Assembly (NCBI GenBank): GCA_028292505.1
Contig: JAQGMF010000013.1
Coordinates: forward strand, 36,025 to 100,024
From: Rhodocyclales bacterium
Lineage (GTDB): Bacteria > Pseudomonadota > Gammaproteobacteria > Burkholderiales > Rhodocyclaceae
Length of the DNA: 64,000 nt
Reading direction: 5' to 3'
The translations under genes were made by a program, and so were the position numbers. The number at the start of each line of letters is the position of its first letter. The stretch's first letter is position 1. The notes below the pieces were generated by a model, which was given only the letters and a program-made list of their open reading frames with translations, was not told the DNA's origin and made no database searches. Positions 11,777-21,850 of this stretch are shown here, piece after piece.

Positions 11777-13678
11777 TCAGAGCGTTCGCAACCAGACTTT
11801 GAAGCCGTCGAGAAACTCGGCGCGGCTGAGTCCGAAGCTCTTCTCGAAGGCGACGGGCTCTTCCTGATCGCGCTGGCCGGCAAGACGGAAATACGCAACC
11901 CACGCTGCAAAAAACCGTTCGCCCATGCGCGATTGTAGATACATCGACATCAAACCTGCCATTTGGTAAGGGCCTCTTCGCGCCGCCAGCATTTTTGTCC
12001 ATTCGGCCGTTTTTGTCGTGAAAAGTTCTTCGGGCGCGACCTGCGGACCGCCCTGCTTATACCAAGCGGCGCAGCGTGATTTCCAGGCTTCCGGCGAGAA
12101 CTGCGAAGCACCTTCCACCTGCAGGTCCTTGGCGGCATCAAATGCCAGAAGATCCGCCGTGCCTTCCTTGATCCATTCGGGAACAGGAAAGCCCCGGTAG
12201 CGTTTCGATAGTTGCCCTTGCAGCTCGTGCGCCAGTTCGTGCAACGGTGTCTTGATCGCCCGCTCGCGCAACTGTTGCGTAGCTTCGGGCCCGCCGAATT
12301 TCGGCGACAGAAGGACGACGGCGATGAGCCCGCGGCTGTTTGACATGCCGCCGGTAATCTCAGCATGGATCGCGGCCTCGCTGGCAAATATCTTCATGTC
12401 ATCGCGCAATATGCGTTCATAATCCGGGCGATTCGACACTAGGCTGATGCGCGCCGATTCGTCCAGCCCTACGCCCATCCTCTCTTCCATCAGCTTATTG
12501 AATTGCTCGGTCGCGCGTTGCACGAGTGGGTACCAGTGATCTCGAACTTCGAGAGTCCAGGCATCTTTGCTGTCGCTCATCATCACGACCTCCACTGCTG
12601 CCGAACCGGCTTCGGTAGGGCGATACACGACGTGGTCGTCGATAGCATAGAGCTGGCAACTCACCGGATCGCCGGCGCGGCATGTCGCCAGCGCATTCTT
12701 CATGGCATCGTCATTGTCGAGCACGTAGCTCCAGGCGCCTCGCGAAGAAAAGGCGAATGCTTTCGGGGCACGTCCGCGCAGATATTGCTGATAGCCTTTC
12801 CGCGCAAGTTCGTCCTGCAACGGCAAGCGGGAGAGGTCGCTGATCTTTGCATAGTCGGAGGCAGGAGGCACAGGCTGCGCGTGCTCTCTGAGCTGGGCAC
12901 GGATGGTGTCGAGCTTCACATCGACGCTGCGCATGAAGTCCTCCTCGCTCATGCCGAAGGACGATCGAAAGGCCTGTTCCGGCTGAAGGTCGGCGCTTGC
13001 CATCGCGCGGAAATAGCTTGCCCACGCGGGGAAGAAACGATCCCCAAGCAAGTCGTTCAAATGCGCCGTCATCAGCTCGGCCACGTTCTGGAAGCCGGGG
13101 CGTTTCTCCATTCCCGTCGTCACATGCAGCAATTCTGCGGGCGTTACGATGTTCTGCATATTGCGCACGGCAAACGTGCCTTGTGCAAACCACGCCTTGG
13201 CAACATTCTCGTCACCAACGCGAGCCAGCACGCGATCGGCCATGAGATTTGCCGAGCCTTCGCGCAACCATTGCGCCGCGCGTTCTGCCTTGCCTGCGGC
13301 CAGCTCCTGCTGCAACACCAGCGAATAATCATGCACGGGCAGGCGAACCGATCGATCGTACAAGTTTTGAGGGTTGTTAGTGCTTTCAAGAATTATGACG
13401 ATTGTATCTATCGAAATTTCTTGAAGCCGCCGACCCTGTTCACGATTCGAGGCTATGATGACATGCGGGTGGGTCTGGAGTTTTTGACCGAACTGTGTGA
13501 CAGAGAACTCGTCGAAATAGGCCAAGGCCTGATGCGTCCGCGGTATCCAGGTTTCCGTAACGCGCCGTGCCCAAGCGTCATCTCCGACACTCGAAGAAAT
13601 GGGGCTGGTGGTACAGCCGCTGCCAAGTAGCAGACCAGCAGCCAGTAGCAGACAAACTAAACCGCGACGGAAGATCAT
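11777..13678 (-). CDS. Secreted/lipoprotein with two tandem peptidase-MA-like domains; only the C-terminal copy keeps HExxH (ORF extends to 13705; start taken at MIFRRGL)
   Basis: Signal peptide with LLLGSGC lipobox-like end. Internal duplication: WLREGSANLMADRVL...FFPAWASYFRAM versus WIKEGTADLLAFDA...FFAAWVAYFRLA. The C-terminal copy has HELAHEL followed by PEWIKEG (HExxH...EG arrangement); the N-terminal copy has LQQELAAG instead. Confidence 0.7.
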   Translation of the reverse strand: MIFRRGLVCLLLAAGLLLGSGCTTSPISSSVGDDAWARRVTETWIPRTHQALAYFDEFSVTQFGQKLQTHPHVIIASNREQGRRLQEISIDTIVIILESTNNPQNLYDRSVRLPVHDYSLVLQQELAAGKAERAAQWLREGSANLMADRVLARVGDENVAKAWFAQGTFAVRNMQNIVTPAELLHVTTGMEKRPGFQNVAELMTAHLNDLLGDRFFPAWASYFRAMASADLQPEQAFRSSFGMSEEDFMRSVDVKLDTIRAQLREHAQPVPPASDYAKISDLSRLPLQDELARKGYQQYLRGRAPKAFAFSSRGAWSYVLDNDDAMKNALATCRAGDPVSCQLYAIDDHVVYRPTEAGSAAVEVVMMSDSKDAWTLEVRDHWYPLVQRATEQFNKLMEERMGVGLDESARISLVSNRPDYERILRDDMKIFASEAAIHAEITGGMSNSRGLIAVVLLSPKFGGPEATQQLRERAIKTPLHELAHELQGQLSKRYRGFPVPEWIKEGTADLLAFDAAKDLQVEGASQFSPEAWKSRCAAWYKQGGPQVAPEELFTTKTAEWTKMLAARRGPYQMAGLMSMYLQSRMGERFFAAWVAYFRLAGQRDQEEPVAFEKSFGLSRAEFLDGFKVWLRTL

Positions 13679-13703
13679 ATCGGCGCAACCCTGCGGACTT
13701 GCC

Positions 13704-13736
13704 AAAAAAAGCCCGCGAGACTTTCATCTCACGGGC
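13704..13736 (-). terminator. Rho-independent terminator downstream of cytochrome c5
   Basis: Minus-strand gcccgtgaga-tgaaag-tctcgcgggc followed by ttttttt. Confidence 0.55.
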
Positions 13737-13755
13737 TTGCCTGTATACCGACGGA

Positions 13756-14178
13756 TCACTTCGCCTGTGCGATGAAGTAATCCACCACGGCCTTGACCTC
13801 CGCATCGGACAGCGACGGATTGCCGCCCTTGGCCGGCATGGCGTTCTTGCCATTCAGAGCACTGTGGTAGAGCGCGTCCTTGCCTTGCGCCACGCGTGGA
13901 CCCCAGGCTGCCTTATCGCCAACCTTCGGCGCACCCGCCGCGCCCGTGGCGTGACAGGCCGAACAGACGGTGTCGAAAACGTGTTTGACGTCGACTTTGC
14001 CGGCCGGTACCGCAGCGCCGGCGGCAGGTGCTGAGCCGGCCAGCGCGACTTGCGCGACGGGGGCGATCAGCGTCGCGGTTTCTTCCTTGGAAACTTCTTC
14101 CTTCTGATGACAGGCAGCCAGCATGCTCGTCGCGATGACAAGTGCTGCGGGCAGGGCCAGACGCGCAATCCGGTTCAT
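13756..14178 (-). CDS. Cytochrome c5 family c-type cytochrome, secreted (LAAC lipobox-like)
   Basis: CSACH heme-binding motif and a downstream Met ligand region (GKNAMPAKGG); signal peptide. Confidence 0.85.
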   Translation of the reverse strand: MNRIARLALPAALVIATSMLAACHQKEEVSKEETATLIAPVAQVALAGSAPAAGAAVPAGKVDVKHVFDTVCSACHATGAAGAPKVGDKAAWGPRVAQGKDALYHSALNGKNAMPAKGGNPSLSDAEVKAVVDYFIAQAK

Positions 14179-14277
14179 GGGGCTCTTTCTGTGACGATGC
14201 GAATAAAGGCCGGATTATAGCCGCGCTTGGCCGGCGCATGGACGCAGCAACTGCCAAAGGCTATCATCGGCGCCTGT

Positions 14278-14353
14278 GCGTCCGTAGCTCAATGGATAGA
14301 GTACTGCCCTCCGAAGGCAGGGGTTGCTGGTTCGATCCCAGCCGGGCGCACCA
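14278..14353 (+). tRNA. tRNA-Arg (anticodon CCG)
   Basis: 76-nt cloverleaf GCGTCCGTAGCTCAATGGATAGAGTACTGCCCTCCGAAGGCAGGGGTTGCTGGTTCGATCCCAGCCGGGCGCACCA, anticodon loop CUCCGAA, encoded CCA end. Confidence 0.9.
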
Positions 14354-14398
14354 CGTTGCACCGGCATTCGACGGCGCAAGTTCCGAGGCGAGAATCCC

Positions 14399-17356
14399 AT
14401 GCGTCTGCCTTCGCCCTACCGTCCTGAAGCCGACATCGTCACGCAACGTCTCGCCTTATTGGACGGCGCACTCGACTGGGGCGCCGTGGCGCGTCGTGCG
14501 CGGCCGTGGGTTCAAGCCGTGCGCGATCATCCGCCGCCTTTCTGGGCGATGGAAAGTCTTCTTCACGAATACCCGATTTCCAGCGCCGAAGGTCTAGCGC
14601 TGATGCGTCTGGCTGAAGCGCTGCTGCGTGTGCCGGATGCCGAGACGGCCATCGCGTTGACGGCCGACCAACTTGGCCGCGCTGACTTTGACACTGCCGG
14701 CGATTCGGCGCTGGCGCGTCTGTCCTCGGCCGCGATTTCCTTGTCGAAGAAACTCCTGTGGGAAGCGGACGCGTCCGCCGGCATGCTGACGCGCCTCGGT
14801 GCGCGCGGCATCGTCGCCGCCAGCCTGCGTGCGGTGCAACTGCTCGGCCATCAGTTCGTGTTCGCGGAAGATATCGCGCACGCCGTCAGAGCGGCCGGTT
14901 CGGCGCGTGGCTCACGGCGCAGTTTGTTTTTCTCTTACGACATGCTCGGTGAGGGCGCACGCACCGAAGCCGACGCACTGCACTACCTCGATGATTATGC
15001 CAACGCCATCAAGACACTGGCGGCCGAACAGGATGGTGGCGATTGCCAACAGCGCGACGGCATTTCCATCAAGCTCAGCGCGCTGCACCCGCGTTACGAC
15101 TATTCGCAACATGATCGTGTCATGGAGGAACTCGTGCCACGCGTCTGGGCACTGTGCGAGCTGGCCGCGCAGGCCGACATCAATCTCACCATCGATGCCG
15201 AAGAGGTCGAGCGTCTGGAACTCTCGCTCGACGTGTTCGCGGCACTGGCAGCGCTTGTCGCGCAGCACCATCCCGCCTGGCGCGGCTTCGGCCTGGCGCT
15301 GCAGGCCTACCAGACGCGCGCGCTGGAACTGGTTGACCACGTCATCGCATTGGCGCGCAAATATCGGCTGCGTTTTATGTGTCGCCTCGTCAAGGGCGCC
15401 TACTGGGATGCGGAGATCAAGCGCGTGCAGGAACTCGGCCTGCCGCACTATCCGGTGTTCACTCACAAACAGCACACTGACATTTCCTGGCTGGCCTGTG
15501 CCAAACGCATGCTTGACGCACCCGATGCGATCTATCCGCAGTTCGCCACGCATAATGCCAGCAGCATTGCGGCGGTCGAGCAAATGGCCGCGCATGCCGG
15601 CTCGGCCTTCGAGTTGCAGCGACTGCACGGCATGGGCGAAGGCGTCTATCGCGAAGTGCTTAAGGACCCGTCGCTTGCCTGTCGCGTCTACGCGCCCGTC
15701 GGTCAGCATCGCGACCTGCTCGCCTATCTCGTGCGTCGCCTGCTGGAAAATGGCGCCAATACTTCCTTCGTGCATCAGCTGGCCGACGAGTCCGTCGGCC
15801 TCGATTTGTTGTTGCGCTCGCCCTTGCAGCAGATCAAGCAGGATGCCTTGCCTCTTCCACGAGCGTTGTACGGCACGGCGCGCCAGAATTCCATTGGCAT
15901 GGATCTGTCAGTGAGCGGCATGCAGGAAAACCTGCTGGCAGCTTACGCGGTCACTACGGTACCCGACGTCGCCGAAAGCGACTCGGCGGCGATCGTCGCG
16001 GCCCTGCAATGCAGCCTCGATGCTTTCCGTAGCTGGCATGCGAGCGCGGTTGGTGAGCGCGCCGCCACCCTGCGTCGTGCTGCGAGCGCGTTCGAAGCAC
16101 GCATGGACGTGTTCGCGGCCTTGCTGGTGAAGGAAGCGCACAAGACCTGGGGCGATGCCGTCGCCGAAGTGCGCGAGACCGTGGACTTCCTGCGCTACTA
16201 CGCCAACGAAGCGGAGTGCGTCATGGCGCCTGCCACCCTGCCTGGTCCCACCGGCGAGCGCAACGTCCTGCGCCTGCGCCCGCGTGGTGTATGGCTGTGC
16301 ATCAGCCCGTGGAATTTTCCGCTGGCAATTTTCACCGGCCAGATCGCCGCTGCGCTCGTCACCGGCAACACCGTGCTCGCCAAGCCAGCCGAACAGACGC
16401 CAGCAGTGGCGCAGGCGGCCGTCGCGTTATTGCATGATGCTGGCATACCGCAGAACGCTTTGCAATTGTTGCATGGCCCCGGCGAAACCATCGGTGCGCA
16501 ATTGGTAGCGCTGCCGCAGATCGCGGGCGTTGCGTTCACGGGTTCCTTCGCCGTCGCCAAGGCGATCCAGCGCGCGCTCGCCGCCAAGGATGGCCCCATT
16601 GTGCCGCTGATTGCCGAGACCGGCGGCATCAACGCCATGCTGGTCGATTCCAGCGCGTTGCCGGAACAGGTGGCGGATGCGGTGCTGCAAAGCGCCTTCC
16701 GTTCCGCCGGCCAGCGCTGCTCGGCTTTGCGCCTGCTGTGCGTGCATGCGGAGATTGCCGATCGCGTCATCGCGCTGATCTGTGGCGCGGCGCATGAACT
16801 GCGTGTGGGCGAGCCGGCTGATTTCGCCACCGATGTCGGGCCGCTCATCGACGACGAAGCATATGCCAATGTCACGGCCGACATCGAGCGACTGCAAAGG
16901 GAGACGAAAACCTTACAGGCACCTACAACGCCACGGGTGAGCGTACCCAATCTCATCACGCCGCATGTCTTCGAGATTGCCGATATGAGCGAACTCGATC
17001 ACGAAATCTTTGGCCCGGTTCTGCACGTACTGCGCTGGTCGGGCGATCCGCTGGCGGTGATCGACCGCATCAATGTACTGGGATACGGTCTCACGCTCGG
17101 CCTCCAGACGCGCATCGACAGCCGCGCCGAGGCGCTTGCGGCGCGCGCGCAGATCGGTAATGTGTATGTCAATCGCAATGTCATCGGCGCCGTCGTCGGT
17201 GTGCAGCCTTTCGGCGGCGAAGGCTTCTCCGGCACCGGCCCGAAAGCGGGTGGGCCGCACTACCTGCCGCGCTTTTGTAGCGAGCAGACAGTGACGGTCA
17301 ATACGAGTGCGGCGGGTGGAAATGCGAGTTTGCTGGCGGGTGAGCCCACTGAATGA
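14399..17356 (+). CDS. putA: Bifunctional proline dehydrogenase / L-glutamate gamma-semialdehyde dehydrogenase PutA (short form, no N-terminal DNA-binding domain); the ORF-track start at 14324 would overlap the tRNA
   Basis: PRODH barrel region followed by an aldehyde dehydrogenase domain (ETGGINA, catalytic Cys region QRCSALR); 985 aa from ATG at 14399 with a gagg RBS. Confidence 0.93.
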   Translation: MRLPSPYRPEADIVTQRLALLDGALDWGAVARRARPWVQAVRDHPPPFWAMESLLHEYPISSAEGLALMRLAEALLRVPDAETAIALTADQLGRADFDTAGDSALARLSSAAISLSKKLLWEADASAGMLTRLGARGIVAASLRAVQLLGHQFVFAEDIAHAVRAAGSARGSRRSLFFSYDMLGEGARTEADALHYLDDYANAIKTLAAEQDGGDCQQRDGISIKLSALHPRYDYSQHDRVMEELVPRVWALCELAAQADINLTIDAEEVERLELSLDVFAALAALVAQHHPAWRGFGLALQAYQTRALELVDHVIALARKYRLRFMCRLVKGAYWDAEIKRVQELGLPHYPVFTHKQHTDISWLACAKRMLDAPDAIYPQFATHNASSIAAVEQMAAHAGSAFELQRLHGMGEGVYREVLKDPSLACRVYAPVGQHRDLLAYLVRRLLENGANTSFVHQLADESVGLDLLLRSPLQQIKQDALPLPRALYGTARQNSIGMDLSVSGMQENLLAAYAVTTVPDVAESDSAAIVAALQCSLDAFRSWHASAVGERAATLRRAASAFEARMDVFAALLVKEAHKTWGDAVAEVRETVDFLRYYANEAECVMAPATLPGPTGERNVLRLRPRGVWLCISPWNFPLAIFTGQIAAALVTGNTVLAKPAEQTPAVAQAAVALLHDAGIPQNALQLLHGPGETIGAQLVALPQIAGVAFTGSFAVAKAIQRALAAKDGPIVPLIAETGGINAMLVDSSALPEQVADAVLQSAFRSAGQRCSALRLLCVHAEIADRVIALICGAAHELRVGEPADFATDVGPLIDDEAYANVTADIERLQRETKTLQAPTTPRVSVPNLITPHVFEIADMSELDHEIFGPVLHVLRWSGDPLAVIDRINVLGYGLTLGLQTRIDSRAEALAARAQIGNVYVNRNVIGAVVGVQPFGGEGFSGTGPKAGGPHYLPRFCSEQTVTVNTSAAGGNASLLAGEPTE

Positions 17357-17360
17357 CAAA

Positions 17361-17535
17361 GGCATCATGCATATGATGCCAGCCGTTCCCTCCCCGTGCG
17401 GGGAGGGTAGCCCGCCAGGGCCGGGAGAGGCGAACGCGTGGCACTTGAGAAGAGCATTGATGCATGAGCGCTTCCCCCGCTCCCGGCCGGCCACCCTCTC
17501 CCCGGGGAGAGGGGACTGCCGGGTGGGTCAGGCAT
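17361..17535. repeat. Cluster of palindromes between putA and gdhA: perfect 20-bp ggcatcatgcatatgatgcc, then ccctccccgtgcggggaggg and ccctctccccggggagaggg (REP-like, 'SPRGEG' type)
   Basis: Perfect inverted repeats read directly. In protein frames they translate as PSPCGEGS/SPRGEG, which inflates spurious ORFs here. Confidence 0.55.
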
Positions 17536-17748
17536 TGATAGCGATTAGGGCGGAGTGAAACTCCGCCGGATGATGACGAAACATACGGCGCAGTTGCCAC
17601 TGCGCCCTACTCCTACTCTGCAACGCTATTAGATTCTCGCCCTCGCGGGAATGACGGAGCCGAAGCCAGCGCCTATACGGGTAAGGCGTTATGCCTTGTT
17701 TGCGCGCTGACGCCTATGCTTGAGTGAGCAGTTTGAAAAGGATGCGCC

Positions 17749-19020
17749 GTGCAAAATCTCTCCTACGTAACACCGCAAGCCGATAGCCCGTGGGGCACAT
17801 TTTTGTCGCAGGTCGACAGCGTCGTGCCGCATCTCGGGCGGCTTTCGCGCTGGGTGGAAACGCTCAAGCATCCCAAGCGCTGTCTCATTGTCGACATTCC
17901 CATCGAACTCGACGATGGCAGCGTCGCCCATTTCGAGGGCTATCGCGTACAACACAATCTGTCGCGTGGTCCCGGCAAGGGCGGCGTGCGTTACCACCCA
18001 CAGGTCAATCTCGAAGAAGTGATGGCGCTGTCGGCGTGGATGACAGTGAAGAATGCTGCTGTCAACCTGCCCTATGGCGGCGCCAAGGGCGGCATCCGCG
18101 TCGATCCGAAGCAGCTTTCGCTCAAGGAACTGGAGCGTCTGACGCGGCGCTACACCAGCGAGATCGGGCTCATCATCGGACCGGACAAGGACATCCCGGC
18201 ACCCGATGTAAATACCAACGCGCAAATCATGGCGTGGATGATGGACACCTATTCCATGAATACCGGCTCAACGGCAACTGGCGTCGTCACCGGCAAACCG
18301 ATTCCCCTCGGCGGTTCGCTCGGGCGCGTCAATGCCACCGGGCGCGGGGTTTACGTGGTGGGCAGTTCGGTGGCGAACAAGCTGCAAGTGCCATTGCAGG
18401 GCGCGCGCATTGCGGTGCAGGGTTTCGGCAACGTTGGCTCCGTCGCAGCCTGCATGTTCGTCGACAAAGGTTCGAAGCTCGTCAGCGCACAGGATCACAG
18501 CGGCACCCTCCTCAATGACAACGGCATTGACGCGGTGGCGCTTGCAGCGCACGTCAAGGCGACGGGCGCCGTCGTCGGGTTTGCCGGCGCGGATGCCATT
18601 GCCGACGAAGATTTCTGGCTCGTCCCCAGCGACATCCTGATTCCCGCCGCGCTCGAAGGGCAGATCACCAGCGAACGCGCCCGTGGTTTAAAGACAAAGA
18701 TTGTGCTTGAAGGCGCCAACGGCCCGACCACCAACGCGGCCGATCTACTGCTGCATGATCGCGGCATCATGGTCGTCCCCGACGTGATCGCCAATGCCGG
18801 CGGCGTGATCGTGTCCTACTTCGAATGGGTGCAGGACTTCAGTTCATTCTTCTGGACAGAGGAAGAGATCTATCAGCGCCTGGACAAGATCTTGCTCGGT
18901 GCGCTCGAACATATATGGCAAACGCATATCGATCTTGCCATTCCGCTGCGTACGGCGGCGTTCGTCGTTGCATGCACACGCGTGCTCAATGCGCGTGAGG
19001 AACGTGGTTTGTACCCATAG
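17749..19020 (+). CDS. gdhA: NAD-specific glutamate dehydrogenase (Glu/Leu/Phe/Val dehydrogenase family), GTG start
   Basis: [10 protein letters not shown] and GGAKGG motifs and a Rossmann GFGNVGS motif; 423 aa. Confidence 0.92.
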   Translation: MQNLSYVTPQADSPWGTFLSQVDSVVPHLGRLSRWVETLKHPKRCLIVDIPIELDDGSVAHFEGYRVQHNLSRGPGKGGVRYHPQVNLEEVMALSAWMTVKNAAVNLPYGGAKGGIRVDPKQLSLKELERLTRRYTSEIGLIIGPDKDIPAPDVNTNAQIMAWMMDTYSMNTGSTATGVVTGKPIPLGGSLGRVNATGRGVYVVGSSVANKLQVPLQGARIAVQGFGNVGSVAACMFVDKGSKLVSAQDHSGTLLNDNGIDAVALAAHVKATGAVVGFAGADAIADEDFWLVPSDILIPAALEGQITSERARGLKTKIVLEGANGPTTNAADLLLHDRGIMVVPDVIANAGGVIVSYFEWVQDFSSFFWTEEEIYQRLDKILLGALEHIWQTHIDLAIPLRTAAFVVACTRVLNAREERGLYP

Positions 19021-19999
19021 CTTGTCGGTCGAACATGCGGTCCTGCGGGCTGCGCATCAAAGTGCTCTTGCCGAACAGGCTCTCCACCAGGTCGACGGCC
19101 AGCTCGGCCGTCTGATTGCGCACGTCCAGGGCCGGGTTGAGTTCGACGAGATCGAGCGACGCGAGCCGGCCGGTGTCGGCGATCATTTCCATGCATAGCT
19201 GCGCTTCGCGATAGGTCGGCCCGCCGCGCACGGGCGTGCCTGCGCCGGGGGCGATGGCCGAATCGAGAAAGTCCACGTCGAGGCTGACATGCAGGTGCGT
19301 GTTGTCGTCCAGACCTGCGAGTACGCGTTGCATCACATCGCGCATGCCCAACTCGTCGATGCTGCGCATATCGAAGACGTCTATGCCGACTTCATGCACC
19401 AGGCGCTTCTCGCCGGGATCGACGCTGCGGATGCCGATCTCGAAAAGCTCGTCCGGATGCACGGCGGGAATATCGCCGCTGAGCCCGGTCAGCTCCGGCG
19501 GCCCGTAGCCGCACAGACATGACACAGGCATGCCGTGGATATTGCCGCTCGGCGTGATGCTGGCCGTATTGAAATCGGCATGGGCATCCAGCCACAACAC
19601 GCGCAGCTTGCGCCCGGTGGCGCGGCAATGGCGCGACACGGCCGAGATCGAGCCGATGGCAAGACTGTGATCGCCACCGAGCATGACGGGAATACGTTCG
19701 GCTTGCAGTTCAGCTAGGACAGCGTCATGCACGACGTGCTCCCACGATCTGACTTCATCGAGATGGCGGAATCCCTGTTCGGCCGCACGTTGCGGATTGG
19801 CGGGGCCGACGAGATTGCCGCAGTCGCGGATGTCGACACCGAAGTGTTCCAGCGCCTCGGCGAGACCGGCCACGCGCAAGGCCTCTGGCCCCATGCTGCA
19901 GCCGCGCACGCCTGCGCCGATGTCGGTCGGCGCGCCGATGAGACTCACGCGCGCCGGCGGCGCGGACGATCTGGGTGGCAATTGATAAGGAGCATTCAT
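18986..19999 (-). CDS. rocF: Arginase
   Basis: [17 protein letters not shown] and [18 protein letters not shown] manganese-binding motifs. The 3' end overlaps the gdhA 3' end by 35 bp. Confidence 0.92.
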   Translation of the reverse strand: MNAPYQLPPRSSAPPARVSLIGAPTDIGAGVRGCSMGPEALRVAGLAEALEHFGVDIRDCGNLVGPANPQRAAEQGFRHLDEVRSWEHVVHDAVLAELQAERIPVMLGGDHSLAIGSISAVSRHCRATGRKLRVLWLDAHADFNTASITPSGNIHGMPVSCLCGYGPPELTGLSGDIPAVHPDELFEIGIRSVDPGEKRLVHEVGIDVFDMRSIDELGMRDVMQRVLAGLDDNTHLHVSLDVDFLDSAIAPGAGTPVRGGPTYREAQLCMEMIADTGRLASLDLVELNPALDVRNQTAELAVDLVESLFGKSTLMRSPQDRMFDRQAMGTNHVPHAH

Positions 20000-21087
20000 G
20001 CGGCACGCACTCCCTTGAGTTGAGCCGTTGTCGTCGCGGGGTCGAGCAAGGCAAAGAGATTCTTCGGATCGGCAAGGGCAGGAATTAAATCCAACGGCTG
20101 CCCAACGCCGAGTTCCTCCGCGGCGTTACGCATGAAGCGCAACGCCGCGTAGTCTTCCAGTGCAAAGCCGACAGAGTCGAAGACGGTTATTTCTTCAGCA
20201 TAGCGACGGCCCGCAGCGGAACCATTCAGCACCTGCCAGAGCTCCGTCACCGGAAATGACAAAGGCATTTGCTGGATTTCACCTTCGCCGCGCGTCTGGG
20301 GTTCGTATTCGACGAACACGCTGGCTGCGCGCAGAATGTCGGCATGCAACTCGGTCTTGCCGGGGCAATCGCCACCGACCGCGTTGATGTGCACGCCAGC
20401 AGCAATCATCTCGGGCGTCAGGATGGTGGCGCGGGTCTTGTCGGCCGTGATGGTGGTGACGATGTCCGCGCCCCTGACGGCCTCTGTTGCGCTGTTGCAA
20501 GCAGCAATTTCCATACCCTGGCCGCGCAAATTGCGCATCAACTTGGCCGTCGCTGCGGTATCGATGTCGAACAGACGCAGCGATTCGATGCCCAGCAAAT
20601 GATGGAAGGCGAGGGCCTGAAATTCGCTCTGTGCGCCGTTGCCGATCAGGGCCATCGAGCGACTTGCGGGGCGCGCAAGCGCGCGCGCTGCCAATGCCGA
20701 CGTCGCTGCGGTGCGGAGCGCAGTAGTCAGCGTCAACTCGCTCACCAGGCGCGGCACGCCTGTGGCTACGTCAGCCAGCACGCCAAAGGCCATCACCGTC
20801 GGCAGGCCGAAACGATAGTTGCCGGGATGACCGTTGACGTATTTGAACGAATAACTGTGTGCGTCGGCCACCGGCATGAGCTCGATGACGCCCTGCGCGG
20901 AATGACTCGCCGTGCGTGCCGATTTTTCAAAATCGGGCCAGCGCAGGAAATCGTCACGGATGTAATCGGCCATGCCGGCCAGACAGGCGCCCAAACCCTT
21001 GCAGGCAAGGATGTGTGTGATGTCGGACGCGCTCAGAAAGAGCGTGTCGAGCGAGGAACTGCGTGAAGTTTTGCGTGCGGATTGCAT
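19996..21087 (-). CDS. Ornithine cyclodeaminase (mu-crystallin family)
   Basis: OCD/mu-crystallin fold with a Rossmann region (ALIGNGAQSEF); ATGA overlap with arginase; 363 aa. Confidence 0.88.
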   Translation of the reverse strand: MQSARKTSRSSSLDTLFLSASDITHILACKGLGACLAGMADYIRDDFLRWPDFEKSARTASHSAQGVIELMPVADAHSYSFKYVNGHPGNYRFGLPTVMAFGVLADVATGVPRLVSELTLTTALRTAATSALAARALARPASRSMALIGNGAQSEFQALAFHHLLGIESLRLFDIDTAATAKLMRNLRGQGMEIAACNSATEAVRGADIVTTITADKTRATILTPEMIAAGVHINAVGGDCPGKTELHADILRAASVFVEYEPQTRGEGEIQQMPLSFPVTELWQVLNGSAAGRRYAEEITVFDSVGFALEDYAALRFMRNAAEELGVGQPLDLIPALADPKNLFALLDPATTTAQLKGVRAA

Positions 21088-21235
21088 GTTCTCACCTGAA
21101 TCGAGAGAGCCTCAATTCAGTGTGGTTCATTGACAAGTCAATTCAAATCGTCAATAACTTATAAGAACGACCAGAAATTTGACGTTCTGACAGGGTTTGT
21201 TGGCGTTTTGATCAAAATCTCACGGAGCCGCCATC

Positions 21236-21661
21236 ATGGACGCGACGGACCACAAGCTGCTCTCCCTGCTGCGCACCGACGCGCGCCTGAGCGTTGCTGC
21301 GCTTGCGCAAAAGCTCGGCGTATCGCGTGGCACGGTGAGCAATCGCATCGCCAAACTCGAAGATGCGGGCGTCATAGTGGGCTACACGATCAGGCTGCGC
21401 CCCGATTCGCAGCCCGACGAAATCAAGGCCTGGATGAGTATCGCGGTGCAGGGCAACGAGGCGCGCCGCGTCATCGCCAGCCTGCTCGGCGAAGCCGGTG
21501 TCGCCACGCTGCACGATACCAACGGGCGCTGGGATCTGCTGGCCGAGTTACGTGCGCCCAATCTGGCCGAACTGGCCAAGGTGCTCGAGCGCATCCGCCT
21601 CATCAAGGGCATCAGCAATACGGAGACGAGCATTCACCTGGAGACCTATCGGCTGTCTTAA
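21236..21661 (+). CDS. Lrp/AsnC family transcriptional regulator
   Basis: HTH_AsnC N-terminus (DHKLLSLLRTDARLSVAALAQKLGVSRGTVSNRI) plus a RAM domain; divergent from the ocd-arginase operon. Confidence 0.9.
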   Translation: MDATDHKLLSLLRTDARLSVAALAQKLGVSRGTVSNRIAKLEDAGVIVGYTIRLRPDSQPDEIKAWMSIAVQGNEARRVIASLLGEAGVATLHDTNGRWDLLAELRAPNLAELAKVLERIRLIKGISNTETSIHLETYRLS

Positions 21662-21742
21662 ATACTGTCTCTGGCATCAAGCATCTTTTGGCGTGCTTTG
21701 CAAATCACGGAACCGCTAGTCATCCGCAAGCACCACACTAGC

Positions 21743-21819
21743 TTTCGTCATCCCGGCGAAGGCCGGGATCCAGTACCACACGCGCAAACTGGATTCCGGC
21801 CTTCGCCGGAATGACGGAG
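21743..21819. repeat. REP-like inverted-repeat element, family A
   Basis: tttcgtcatcccggcgaaggccgggatccag ... ctggattccggccttcgccggaatgacggag. Confidence 0.7.
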
Positions 21820-21850
21820 CTTTTGGCGTGGTTCCGTCAATTCCGAAGCA

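Noticed and set aside
12503-13630. 375-aa plus-strand ORF
   Set aside because: Antisense to the tandem peptidase-MA-like lipoprotein gene; His/Arg-rich composition without motifs.
14799-16959. Large alternative-frame and antisense ORFs inside putA (371 aa plus strand, 253 aa minus strand)
   Set aside because: Embedded in the putA reading frame, which has unambiguous PRODH/ALDH motifs; Arg/Ser/Ala-rich low-complexity translations.
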